Assembly: GCF_009914755.1 (NCBI RefSeq)
Contig: NC_060927.1
DNA: 64,000 nt
Origin: the human T2T-CHM13v2.0 reference genome, Homo sapiens
Direction: 5' to 3' (one strand)
Below, one piece after another: positions 29,290 to 44,227 of this stretch; positions within the stretch are counted from its first letter, which is position 1; every line of letters starts with the position of its first letter. The notes under the pieces were generated by a model, which was not told the origin of the DNA, searched no databases, and saw only the letters and a list, made by a program, of their open reading frames with translations. The position numbers and the translations under genes are program-made.

Positions 29290-30308
29290 GTGAAAGGGAG
29301 TGTGAACAATGTGGTGAAGACTATTGGTCAAATGCACAAAAGAGCGAGTGTGTGCTGAAAGAGGTGGAATACCTTGCTTATGATGAGGCCCTGGGATTCA
29401 CACTTGTCATTCTTTCTGTCTTTGGGGCATTTGTGGTCTTGGCAGTCACAGCTGTGTATGTGATACACAGGCACACTCCCCTGGTGAACGCCAGTGACTG
29501 GCAGCTGGGCTTTCTCATTCAGGTTTCTCTGATCATCATGCTGCTGTCGTCCATGCTTTTCATTGACAAGCCACACAACTGGTCCTGCATGGCTGGCCAG
29601 GTCACTCTGGCACTGGGCTTTTCTCTTTGCCTGTCTTGCCTTCTTGGAAAGACTAGTTCACTGTTTTTAGCCTACAGAATTTCCAAATCCAAAACTCAAC
29701 TTACATCCATGCACCCCCTTTATCGGAAAATCATTGTGCTAATCTCTGTTCTAGCGGAGATTGGCATATGTACAGCCTACTTGATATTGGAACCTCCCAT
29801 GGTATACAAGAACATGGAATCTCAAAATACAAAGATCATTCTGGGATGCAATGAAATTTCCATAGAGTTTTTGTACTCGATGTTTGGAATTGATGCCTTC
29901 TTAGCCTTGCTATGCTTTCTTACAACTTTTGTGGCTCGCCAGTTACCAGATAATTACTATGAAGGAAAATGCATCACCTTTGGGATGCTTGTCTTTTTCA
30001 TCATTTGGATGTCTTTTGTCCCTGTTTATTTGAGCACCAAAGGCAAGTTCAAAATGGCTGTGGAAATATTTGCAATCTTGGCATCCAGCCATGGCTTGTT
30101 GGGTTGTATATTTGCTCCTAAGTGCCTCATTATTTTGCTGAGGCCAGAGAGGAACACCAGTGAAATTGTTTGTGGAAGAGTCTCCACCACAGATAATTGC
30201 ATCCAACTGACCTCAGCTTTTGTGAGCAGTGAGCTTAACAATACCACAGTGTCAACTGTTCTGGATGACAGAGTTTTGATTTACATGTGTCCTTTGAAGC
30301 TGCAATGA
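29290..30308 (+). pseudogene. VN2R1P: V2R last exon (end of CRD, complete 7TM domain and C-tail), uninterrupted frame
   Basis: Acceptor ttcaatag|GT. Translates (G)ERECEQCGEDYWSNAQKSEC...EALGFTLVILSVFG...LGKT...ARQLPDNYYEGKCITFGML...FAPKCLIILLRPERNT to TGA at 30308. Part of ORF 29154-30308. Confidence 0.95.
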
Positions 30309-30474
30309 TGATGTGGTTCAACATTCCCTTTCAGGATGCTCCTACAGCAGCTGCCTAATACTCTCAGGTAACATTGAGGATTTGGGTTCTGGTGGTGTAG
30401 TCTTAGCATGGTATATCAAATCTTGTACTGTAAGATAGCATTTAGCATGAATCAGAATACCTTTTACTATTGAA

Positions 30475-30480
30475 ATTAAA
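30475..30480 (+). terminator. Possible poly(A) signal of the V2R gene (ATTAAA)
   Basis: ATTAAA about 170 bp after the stop codon; positional inference only. Confidence 0.3.
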
Positions 30481-30559
30481 AACTATTTTATTCAAGCATT
30501 TCAAAATACTTTGGTGTAAGGACTGTGTAGTAGAGGATATGGTAGGAGCCAGTTATCTA

Positions 30560-30872
<313 letters not shown>

Positions 30873-33759
30873 CAAAAAATTTAGCTCGTGAATGTTCTCG
30901 TTCTTATATCATGGATGTCTGATCTAGAAATTTACCTAAAACAAAATCACTTAGTGGGGACCAAGAGAGACATTTTGTTCTACATTCTGTTAATGTATCT
31001 CTGAAATACACAGCTTTTCTCTGATTGAGGTAAGAATTATAGCCCATGGAGCAGGGGGTTTGGAAGATAATTCATGTTTCAAAGGACTCTGTGACATACA
31101 GAGAATATTGAAGGAATTGTGATGTCAACAAAACTCAGTTTTTTTCTTGAACACATATGGAAGTAAAGTTTCTCCCAGAGAGAAGGCAAGTCTACAAATC
31201 TATCTGCTACAGATTTTCCTGGGGGAGAATATGTGGTAAAGTACCTGAGTTTTAAAACATCCTTCTGCTTGAAAAAGAAAAACAAAGGGAATTAAGAGTT
31301 GGCAAAGCAATTATTAAGTAGATTATACAGCGAAGACATGAATAGCAAAAAAACAGATGTTTACCTAGAGCAGTATTACAATGCAAGATTCTTTTAGGAT
31401 AAATTGAGTGATAGATACTTGCCCTCTGATTATGTAGAGTTACCTGGAATTTAATTTCCATGTGAAAATGTTATAAAATATTTTCAGTCTTTTTCTAGAT
31501 ATGAAACTTTGAAAATGACCTATATACATTTATGTGTATATGAACATGTGTGGAAAAATAAAATTTATAGAAATGCCGATAAATAAAAAATGCATGTGTA
31601 TATTTAACTCTAGAAGTCTGACAGGATCAGAAAGAACTCTCTCTTCAAGATAACTTGATGCTTGTGAATTTCAGTTAAGAAAGCTGGGCAGAGATTCCTG
31701 GAGGCTCATGGGAGCAGAAAGTGAAAGTGTGATGACTAGTTTAGCAGGACAAGTCTGTTGGGAACTTATTTACTGATTTTTTTTAAAAGAATGATCATTC
31801 TAGACCAGGCAAAGGGAATGAGCTTCCTATAATTTAAATAGTGAGTTTACCTCAAGGTTCAGCAAAGCTTAAAATGATCCCTTTATTGAAGAGCCAGTGG
31901 TAGTCCCAGGAATTTCTGGGCAAGCATCTATTCACACATCCATCTCCCAGCACTTCTACAGCCCTTAGAATTGTTAGAGGAGAGCCTATATCACAGCATG
32001 AAGAATGGGGAAACTGCTTTCTTTGGCCCTTCATTTGATCCAAGGAGGAACACTGGAAAAGAAAGAATGCTTTGTCAAAGTATGGAGCAATAGGAAAATG
32101 AGAATCCGTGAGTTAATATCTTATTCAGGTATACATTCAGCTTGAGTATTCTCAATGATTTACCTTGAGATTATTAACAAAAGCTAAAAGATGGCTCATG
32201 TCTAGTGACTTTGTTTACTTTTATCTTCAAAATATTTTAATATCAGGGTAATCCTCTTCTTTTTTGAGTTGTTGATTATTGAACATATAGTCTCTAAAAA
32301 GATAATTCCAGAAGTCCATTTGGGTAATATCAAAGACTCCATTATCTCCTTTCATTTAGCATGGCTTAGTAATACTGTCTTGTCAGACTTGTGTTCTTTG
32401 GATTTTTTTTTTTTTTTGATCAGCAATAGGTTTGGGAAATTAGAGAAAATAAATGTCATTGAAAACAAAATATCAACTGAACTTGCATGTTTAACGTTAA
32501 TATTTACTTATACAACTTTACAATTTTAAGATACAATTTTCATCAAAATAGCTTGAAGTTATCACTTGTTGATTTGGTACTCATGTATTGTTACAGAAAC
32601 TGGCTTATGGCAGTTAAAATGAATAATATATGATTGTCAAAGGATGATGGTCTAATTTGTAGTATTGTTTTATTCTTTGTACTTAATTACTTATTAAAAT
32701 ATTTCCCATAAATGGAAAAATATTTTCTCTTTGGATGAATGCATCATGTAAAAGTCATTTCTAGTGAACAAACAATGACTCTCTATTGGCACATGTTGCT
32801 TTGTAAGAGAATCTCATTTAGAAGTTGCTAGTGACACTCCCTGCTGTGGATGAGCACTTGCTGGTAACTACATACTGGGCCTTGGGGAGCAGCTCAGAAT
32901 TAGTTTCAGGTGTTGCATCAAAATTATGTAGTTGCTGGCTTGGGGAGTAGTATAAAGATTAACTGCTTGAAAAAAAAAAGGATACTTTATTCAGGGCTGA
33001 CATACACACATGCAGGATTGAGCTCTTTTGGTAAACGAGATGTTTACCAGGGCTGCTCAAACCCACCCCATGAGATTAATTCTTTGCATTAAGGCAAAGA
33101 TATTTCCTGATAGAAAGTGAATATACTTTCAAAAAGGATAAGATATTCCCACTGCCAGGTTAATATCCTTAAAACTCTGCTCTGATCTCATCTCTTCCCT
33201 GCTCATCAAATCCCAGTGGTTTTCCACTATCTACAGCATGAGTTTAGCTGTCATAGTCTGACATTCAAAACTCTCAAAACACTTTTCCATTTTCTATGTT
33301 CAACAGTTGTCACCTGCCACCTTCCTGCCCATATCCTTTTAACACAATTCAACAGCACTCCTGCAATTTCTGAAACTCACCTCTTATTTTTTAGATTTCA
33401 CACTAGTCACATCGTTCCCTTTATCCTCGAATGCTCTAATAGCACTTCATCCCTTCCTGCCTCTCTCCCTCCCTCATTCCTTTCCCTCTCTGCTTTCTCC
33501 CTTCCCTCCTTAAGGGCTTGATGTACACCAGACTCAAAGTTAGACATAGAAGATACACAAAGATGAGACATTGTTCCCCATCTCCAGGTGCTTGCCATCT
33601 TTTGGGGTGATAGGCAATAAACCAATTACACTATGATGTGATAAAGCTGTGATTGTGGCAGCATAGAGGAAAGGCAGGGCGAGTTAAGATCAAGGAAGGC
33701 TTCCTGGGTGAGGTGTCACTTGAACAAATTCCAGAAGGACAAGAAAGAACTAGCCATAT

Positions 33760-35172
33760 TGAGAGGTGACAGCATGCTGGCAGCCCTGCAGCCCTCGCTC
33801 GCTCTCGGTGCCTCCTCGGCCTTGGCGCCCACTCTGGCCGTGCTTGAGGAGCCCTTCAGCCCACCGCTGCACTGTGGGAGTCCCTTTCTGGGCTGGCCAA
33901 GGCCGGAGCCTGCTCCCACAGCTTGTGGGGAGGTGTGGAGGGAGAGGCGCGGGCGGGAACCGGGGCCGCGCGCGGAGCTTGTGGGCCAGCGCGAGTTCCG
34001 GGTGGGCGTGGGCTCGGCGGGCCCGGCACTCGGAGCGGCCAGCCGGCCTGCAAGCCCCGGGGCAGTGAGGGGCTTAGCACCTGGGCCAGCAGCTGCTGTG
34101 CTTGATTTCTCGCTGGGCCTTAGCTGCCTCCCTGCGGGGCAGGGCTGGGGACCTGCAGCCCACCATGCCTGAGCCTCCCCAACCCCACTGTGGGCTCCTG
34201 CGTGGCCCGAGCCTCCCCGACAAGTGCTGCCCCCTGCTCCACGGCGCCCAGTCCCATCGACCACCCAAGGGCTGAGGAGTGCCGGCGCACAGCAGGCAGC
34301 TCCACCTGCGGCCCCGGTGGGAGATCCACTGAGTGAAGCCAGCTGGGCGCCTGAGTCTGGTGGGGACTTGGAGAACCTTTATGTCTAGCTAAGGGATTGT
34401 AAATACAACAATCGGCACTCTGTGTCTAGCTCAAGGTTTGTGAATGCACCAATCAGCACCCTGTGTCTAGCTCAGGGTTTGTGAATGCACCAACTGACAC
34501 TCTGTATCTAGCTACTCTGGTGGGGACTTGGAGAACCTTTGTGTCCACACTCTGTATCTAGCTAATCTATTGGGGATGTGGAGAACTTTTGTGTCTAGCT
34601 CAGGGATTGTAAGCGCACCAATCAGCACCCTGTCAAAACGGACCAATCAGCTCTGTGTGAAACAGACCAATCGGCTTTCTGTAAAATGGACCAATCAGCA
34701 GGATGTGGGTGGGGCCAGGTAAGAGAATAAAAGCAGGCTGCCTGAGCTAGCAGCGGCAATGTGTTGGGGTCGCTTTCTACACCGTGGACACTTTGCTCAT
34801 TTGCTCTTTGCAATGAATCTTGCTACTGCTCACTCTTTGGGTCAACACTGCCTTTTTGAGCTATAACAGCGACTGCAAAGATCTGCAGCTTCACTCCTGA
34901 AGCTAGCGAGACCGCAAACCTACCGGGAGGAACGAACAACTCCAGACGTGCTGCCTTAAGAGCCCGTAACACTCACCGCTAAGGTCTGCAGCTTCACTCC
35001 TGAGCCAGCGAGACCACAAACCCACCAGAAGGAATAAACTCTGAACACATCCGAATGTCAGGAGAAACAAACTCCAGACACGCCGCCTTTAAGAACTGTA
35101 ACACTCACTGCGAGGGTCCGCGGCTTCATTCTTGAAGTCAGTGAGACCAAGAACCCACCAATTCGGGACACA
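33760..35172 (+). mobile_element. Solo LTR12C (ERV9)
   Basis: tgagaggtgacagcatgctggcagccc...cccaccaattcgggacaca with a 4-bp TSD atat. CpG-rich 5' part, tandem gcaccaatcagc (NF-Y) repeats, and the AATAAAAGCAGG box. Confidence 0.95.
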
Positions 35173-36614
35173 ATATGAAAGGAAGACTAACGTTTGCACT
35201 CCACCTAACCTACTACTTGGAGCATGGTAAGTGTCAGCTTCCCATCCTCTTCTGTTTGTTTTGGGATTGTTTTTGTTTGTTTTTTGTTTCCCGCTTCCTT
35301 TTTTAAAAAATGAAGCATTGTAGGACTTTATCTGTGACTCTTTCATGTCACTGACCATTTTCTGCCGCATACTAGGCTTATTTACTTTCCTCTCCTGGGT
35401 CTACCTCTACATTATAAATTATTTCACGAAGGGAACTTGAAATCTATTTAGGTATGCATCTATCTGTCATCTATCCATCTTTCTTTGTGGCCTTTACATA
35501 TAGAATATAACTTGCACTTAATTGGCACCTAATCTTTTTATATGAAATTTTTTTAAACTTTTAGGTTCAGGGGCATGCGTGCAGGTTTGTTACATAGGTA
35601 AACTCATGTTGCAGGGGCTTGTTGTACAGATTGTTTCATCACCCAGGTACTAAGCCTAGTACACAATAGTTACTTTTTCTGCTCTTCTCCCTCCTTTCAC
35701 CCTCCACCTTCAAGGAGGCCCCAGTGTCTGTTGTTCCCTTATTTTTGTCCATGAGTTCTCATCATTTAGCTCCCACTTGTAAGTAAGAGCATGCAGTATT
35801 TGGTTTTCTGTTCCTGTGTTAATTTGCTAAGGTTAATGGTCTCCAACTCCATCCATGTTCCTGCAAAAGACATGATGTAGTCCTTTTTTATGGCCACGTA
35901 GTAGTCAGTGGTATATATGTACCACATTTTCTTTATCCAGTCTATCATTGATGGGCATTTAGGTTGATTCCATGTCTTTGCTGTTGTGAGTAGTGATGCA
36001 GTAAACATACGCATGCACGTGTCTTTGTTATGGAATGATTTATATTCCTGTGGGTATATACCCAGTAATGGGATTGCTGAGTTGAATGGTAGTCCTCTTT
36101 TTAGCTCTTCAAGGAATTGCTACACTGCTTTCTGCAATACTTAAACTAACTTATATTCCCACCAACAGTATATAAGTGTTTCCTTTTCTCTGCAACTTTG
36201 CCAGCATCTGTTATTTTATTTTATTAAATTTTAAGTTCAGGGGTACATGTGTAGGTTTGTTATATAGGTAAACTTGTGTCATGGGGGTTTGTTGCACAGA
36301 TTATTTTGTCACCCAGGTATTAAGCCTAGTACCCATTAGTTATTTTTCCTGATCCTCTCACTCCTCCTACCCTTCACTCTCCAACAGGCCCTAGTGTGTG
36401 TTGTTCCGCTCTATATGTCCATGTATTCTCATCATTTATTCCCACTTATAAGCGAGAACATATATTACTTGGTTTTCTGTTCTTGTTTCAGTTTGCTGAG
36501 GATAATGGCCTCCAGCTCCATTCATGTTCCTGCAAAAGACATGATCTTGTTCTTTTTTAGGTCTGCATACTATTCCACAGTGTGTATGTACCACTTTTTT
36601 TTTTTTTTTCTTTT

Positions 36615-37685
<1,071 letters not shown>

Positions 37686-37725
37686 CTAGAGAGCACTCTG
37701 GGCTGGTGGGCGTGAGGACTCCAGT

Positions 37726-37815
37726 TTTCATGTGCGTCCGTGTGAAGAGACCACCAAACAGGCTTTGTGTGAGCAATAAAGCTGTTTCTTTCACATGGGT
37801 GCAGGCCGGCTGAGT
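37726..37815 (-). mobile_element. Second LTR7 R-U5 segment within the retrocopy
   Basis: actcagccggcctgcacccatgtgaaagaaacagctttattgctcacacaaagcctgtttggtggtctcttcacacggacgcacatgaaa. Confidence 0.9.
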
Positions 37816-38068
37816 CAGATTTAAAATTGGTGAGATGTTCCTTGGGCTGGTGGGTCTGAGGACCTGAGGTTGTAAGTGGATCATTTTCATGGAGCAAAGA
37901 ACAGGAGGACATGGGATTGATCTCCCAAGGGAGGTCCCCTGATCCAAGTCATGGCACCAAATTTCATGCATGTCTGTGTGAAGAGACCACCAAACAGGCT
38001 TTGTATGAGCAACATGGCCGTTTATTTCACCTGGGTGCAGGCGGGCTGAGTCTGAAAAGAGAGTCAGC
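37816..38068 (-). mobile_element. HERV-H first exon: LTR7 R-U5, tRNA-His PBS and leader up to the major splice donor
   Basis: gctgactctcttttcagactcagcccgcctgcacccaggtgaaataaac...catgaaa tt TGGTGCCATGACTTGGAT (PBS, 37942-37959) ...catctcaccaattttaaatctg. Confidence 0.92.
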
Positions 38069-39202
38069 CTGTACCACTTTTTTTTAATCCAATCTATCAT
38101 TGATGGACTTTTAGGTTAATTCCATGTCTTTGCTATTGTAAATAGTGTGTAATTAACACATGAATACATGTGTCTTTATAATAGAACAACTTATTTTCCT
38201 TTGGGTATATACCCAGTAATGGGATTGCTGGGTCAAATAGCATTTCTATTTTTAGGTCTTTGAGGATTTGCCACAGTGTCTTCCACAATGGCTGAACTAA
38301 TTTACACTCCCACCAACAGTGTATAAACATTCCTTTTTCTCTAAACCTCTCCAGCATCTCTTATTTTTTGACTTTTAAATAGTAGCTATTCTGATTGGTG
38401 TGAGATGGTATCCCATTGTGGTTTTGACTTGCATTTTTCTAATCAGTGATGTTGAGTTTTCTTTCACGTTTGTTGGCTGCATGTAGCTTCTTTTGAAAAA
38501 TGTCTGTTCATGTACTTTCCCCACTTTTTAATGGGGTTGTTTGTCTTTTTCTTGTAAATTTGTTTAAGTTCCTTATAGATGCTTAATAATAGACCTTTGT
38601 GAAATGCATAGTTTGCAAAAATGTTCTCACATTCTGTAGGTTGTCTGCTTACTCTGTTGACAGTTTCCTTTGCTGTGAAGAAGCTCTGTGGTTTAATTAG
38701 ATCCCATTTGTCAATTTTTACTTTTGTTACAATTGCTTTAGGCATCTTCATAATGAAATCTTTGCCTATGCCTATGTCCTGAGTGGTATTGCCTAGATTG
38801 TCTTCTAGGGTTTTTACAGTTTTGGGTTTTACATTTAAGTCTTTAATCCATCTCGGGTTAATTTTTATTTATGGTATAAGGAAGGGATCCCGTTTCAATC
38901 TTATGCATATGGCTAGCCAGTTAATCCCAGCACCATTTATTGAATAGGGAATCCTTCCCCCATTGCTTGTTTTTGTCTGGTTTGTTGAAGATCAGATAGT
39001 TGTAGGTGTGCAGCCTTATTTCTGGGTTCTCTATTCTGTTCCATTGGTCTATGTATCTGTTTTTGTACCAATTCCATGCTATTTTGATTACTGTAGCCCT
39101 GTTGTGGCATAGTTTCAAGTCAGGTAGTGTGATGCCTCCACCTTTGTTCTTTTTGTTTAGGATTGCCTTGGTTATTTGGGCTCTTTTTTTGGTTCCATAT
39201 GA

Positions 39203-39523
<321 letters not shown>

Positions 39524-40535
39524 CCATATGAATTTTAAAAGTTTTTTCCAGTCCTGTGAAGAATCCCAGTGGTAGTTTAATAGAAATAGCAGTGAATCTA
39601 TAAATTGCTTTGTGCAGTATGGCCATTTTTATATTGATTCTTTCTATTCATGAGTATGAAATGCTTTTCCATTTGTTTGTGTTAATCTCTAATTTATTTG
39701 AGAATGTTTTGGAGTTCTCCTTGTAGAGATCTTTTCCCGCCCTAGTTAGCTGTATTCCTAGGTATTTTATTCTTTTTGTGGCAGCTGTGAATGGGATTGT
39801 GTCCCTAATTTGGCTCCCGGCTTGACTGTTGTTGGTGTATAGGAATGCTAGTAATTTTTACACATTGATTTTGTATTCTGAGACTTCGCTGAAGTTGTCT
39901 ATCAGCTTAAGAGGCTTTGGGTGAGACTACAGGGTTTTCTAGACATAGGATCATGTCATCTGCAAACAGGGATAGTTTGACTTCCTCTCTTCCTACCTGG
40001 ATGCCTTTATTTTATTTTCTTCCCTGATTGCCCTGGACAGAACTTCCAATATTATGTTGAATAGGAGGACATCCTTACCTTGTGCGAGTTCTCAAGGGGA
40101 ATGGTTCTAGCTTTTGCCCATTCAGTGTGATGTTGGCTGTGGGTTTGTCATAGATGGCTCTTATTATTTTGAGGTATGCTCCTTCAGTACTTATTTTACA
40201 GAGAGTTTTAAACATGAAGCCATGTTGAATTTTACCAAAAGCCTTTTTTTTGCATTTATTGGGATAATCATGTGGTTTTTGTCTTCAGTTCTGTTTATGT
40301 GATGAATCATATTTATTGATTTGTGTTTGTTGAACTAACCTTGCATCTCAGGGTTAAAGCCTACTTGATCATGGTGGATAAGCTTTTTCATGTGCTGCTA
40401 ATTTCAGTTTGCCAGTATTTTGTTGAGGATTTTTGCATCAGTGTTCACCAAGGATTTGGGGTTAAAGTTTTCTTTTTCTTTTTTGTATCTCTGCCAGGTT
40501 TTGGTTTCAGGATGAGGATTTGTTAATTTTTTGAC

Positions 40536-41318
<783 letters not shown>

Positions 41319-42229
41319 CTATTCATGTCACCTGCCCACTTTTTAATGGGGTTGTTTTTGTTTTTTTTTCTTGTAAATTTGTTTCAGTTCCTTGTAAGAT
41401 GCTGGATATTAGACCTTTGTTGGATGCATAGTTTGCAAAACTTTTCTCTCATTCTGCAGGTTTTCTGTTTATTCTATTGATAGTTTCGTTTGCTGTGCAG
41501 AAGCTCTTTAGTTTAATTAAATCTCATTTGTCAATTTTTCCTTTTGCTGCAATTGCTTTTGGCATCTTTGTCATAAAATTTTTGTCCGTTCCTATGTTCA
41601 AAATGGTGTTGCCTAGGTGGTACCCAATCTTTTTAATAGATGATGAATAAAGTTATAAAAATAGCTAACCACTCATGTAGCAAGGCATAGGGACAATGTG
41701 TCAACATAAGATGAGGAAGAAAGGCTTCGGGTCTGGAGCACAGCAGGGATGGAGGAAGGTGTAAAGAACCTGTTTTCAAGATAGTAGGGGCTAGCTTCAG
41801 AGTAACAGGCATTTCCATTGAGGAAAGAGGATGGAGAGTGGACTAAAAAGAAGGAGGCCAGTTGAAATGGAAGAGTGAAGTCTTGAAAAGTTTTTCCATC
41901 ATATTCATTTAATTATTTTCCCATAATATTTTCTACTCCTTATGTTTGCATTTTTGAATAAAAAAGACTTTTCTCATTCCCCCTACTCCGATCTCCCACA
42001 CACAGTGCCCTCACTTTTGAGCTGCCATTGTAAACAGCAGCTCTTTCAAATATCTACAGGCAGAATAAGTAGCTACAATTTCAAAGTAGAATTATTAACA
42101 ATTTATCTAAACAATCTTGCTAAAATTCACATATTTACGTTTTTAGGGGATTATTATTTATTTCCCCTGATAGTTTTTGGAAAACCAATTTGGATACAAA
42201 AAGGATAATGCGAAAATCTAAATAGACCA

Positions 42230-43150
42230 GTTATATTTAAGGCAGGTTAACTTTTGGAACAAACAATCTCTAAGTCTTAGAGGCTTAGCAGGTAACACTT
42301 TACACACACTAAGACTAATGCTGGTGTTACTGGTCAGGCTACTTTCCTTGACAGCCCTCCTCTAGGCAGTGACTCAGGGAGTCTGTTGGATGTTGTCTAT
42401 TCGCCCCTTCTCTGCCTTCCCCTCTCTGTTCTATCACCTCTATGGACTGCATCACATAAACTCCTTTGCCTGTAGCTTCCAGTGGGTTTTGCCAAAGGGA
42501 GGCACTAATAGGAGACTGGAGGTGAGAGAAGAGACCCACTCAGGTCTTTGTTGTTTCACTCATGGCTCATTTCTCTATCTGTGGCCACTCTCCCATGGCT
42601 ACAGCTCTTACTAGGTGACATGTATGTGAATCCCTCCCCTTCTCCTTCCAGACTTGGGTGTGATAACACCTTCCTACTGTTCCTGGCCCTGGGTTTTTCA
42701 CCATCCTCTGTTAAATCCTGTCACTTTGCCCACTCATTTCAATAGTTCCTTCTTTAAACTGTCTTATTTTTTGGGTGCCCCAGCTATTTACTGCTGGCGT
42801 CCTAACTCATAGAGTGATCCAAATTATTTTCGTTTTATGATACTGCTGTCCTTGATGCAAGCCATACATAGTTCCTGCTAAAGGGGAAGAGGACCCGTGA
42901 GGTCGTCTGAAATGAAAGTGTGAAGTCTTGGGGAAGAGAACATGAGCATGTAAGATACTCAGCCACCAAGGCCCATAAAGTGACACAGATCATTTTTGTT
43001 CACATTCTATTGGCCAGAAGTCATCACATGGCCCCTTTTTAAGGCAAGAGAGCTGGTAAATGTGGCCCCTGGTTAAGAAGCCATATTCATCAACAATTCC
43101 ATATTATGAAAAGGGAACATGAATCTTCAGTGATCAGTTAGCCATCCAGA
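42230..43150. mobile_element. Old MLT1-type LTR with an inserted ERVL LTR (LTR33-like, about 42385-42815)
   Basis: MLT1 motif cacattctattggccagaagtcatcacatggcccc; LTR33-like motif cttccagtgggttttgccaaagggaggcact. Confidence 0.5.
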
Positions 43151-43685
43151 GAATAAAATCAAATAGCCTAAAATAGACAGCGGTATTCATAGAAAGTTTT
43201 AAATAATGTACATAAAAAATAAGGACATGTGACAATTGAAGACATAGGGAGATATGTGGAAGATTTTGGAAAGATGGCAGCAGTCATACAGTCGTTGAAC
43301 CTACCAGAACACCACTCCCCAATAGAGTAACCAGAATAGCAAGGCCAAAACCCCATGAAAGGTATTTACATCATGACTAGGTGATACGATATCCCCATGT
43401 ACACCTACATGCTACCAGGTAGGAGCAAAAGCTACAAGATCTGTGTAGTATCAGAAATGATGTGGGAGGAAGTAGAAAGAAGTTAGAGGTACTCCTGATA
43501 CTGTGAGAGCTTGGAAAACCCCACAGCTGCCATCAGGCAATCACTGGAAGCTCAGCAGGCCATTCTGAGCTCAGCAGCAGAAAACTGCTGAAAGAATAGG
43601 AAATAGGGTAAGGCTAAATAAAAATGCAATGTCAATTGTCACTTTAAAAAGTTACTTGTGGTATTCACTGAAGAAGAACATGTGT

Positions 43686-43778
43686 GTATATTCACTTCCT
43701 TGGAGTGAATTTGCTGAGTCATGGGGTATATCTGTCTATCTACCCCATGACTCAGCCAATTCACTCCAAGGAATATAC
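43686..43778. repeat. Near-perfect inverted repeat (33-bp arms, 12-nt loop) in L1M-derived sequence
   Basis: 43696-43728 ttccttggagtgaatttgctgagtcatggggta versus 43741-43773 taccccatgactcagccaattcactccaaggaa; one mismatch. Confidence 0.9.
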
Positions 43779-44227
43779 CTAACTAAATATACCTAACTAA
43801 ACTATGCCTGTATGTGTACCAAAAAGATGAATACTAGAAGATTTGCAGCAGCATTAAACTACTCAGATGTCCATCAACAGTAGAATGGATCGATAAACTG
43901 ACATATACTCACTCAATGCAATAGTGTACAGCAATAAGAATGAATGGGCTGCTTTGTAGAGAAAAGAGTATGGGGTGGTAAGATTGGAAGCCGGGAAGTG
44001 ATTTGGAAATTGGTAGTGATTACTGTCATCTAGGTAATAGCTCATGATGGCTTGGCTGGGAACAGAGCTCTCAACAATTTGGGGTGAGTTTAACCGTCAC
44101 ATCAGATTTGCTGGCATCCTTTAGACATCTGACACTTGCACATTTGAAGCACATGTTCAAATAAAAGGGTACACATTAGAAAGCTACAAATTTAAAAACC
44201 TAACATCACTTCCCAAAATAATCCTAT

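Noticed and set aside
33708-34329. Cluster of GC-rich ORFs and a CpG-island-like stretch suggesting a gene start
   Set aside because: Lies almost entirely within the LTR12C U3 region.
34380-34700. Regularly spaced ~40-bp repeats resembling a CRISPR array (also 45080-45490)
   Set aside because: These are LTR12 enhancer tandem repeats with no unique spacers and no cas genes, in a eukaryotic context.
37726-38069. A small deleted HERV-H provirus integrated on its own
   Set aside because: No U3 region and no 5-bp viral TSD. It begins at the R start and joins at the splice donor, and it lies inside the L1-type TSDs shared with the ALG1 part.
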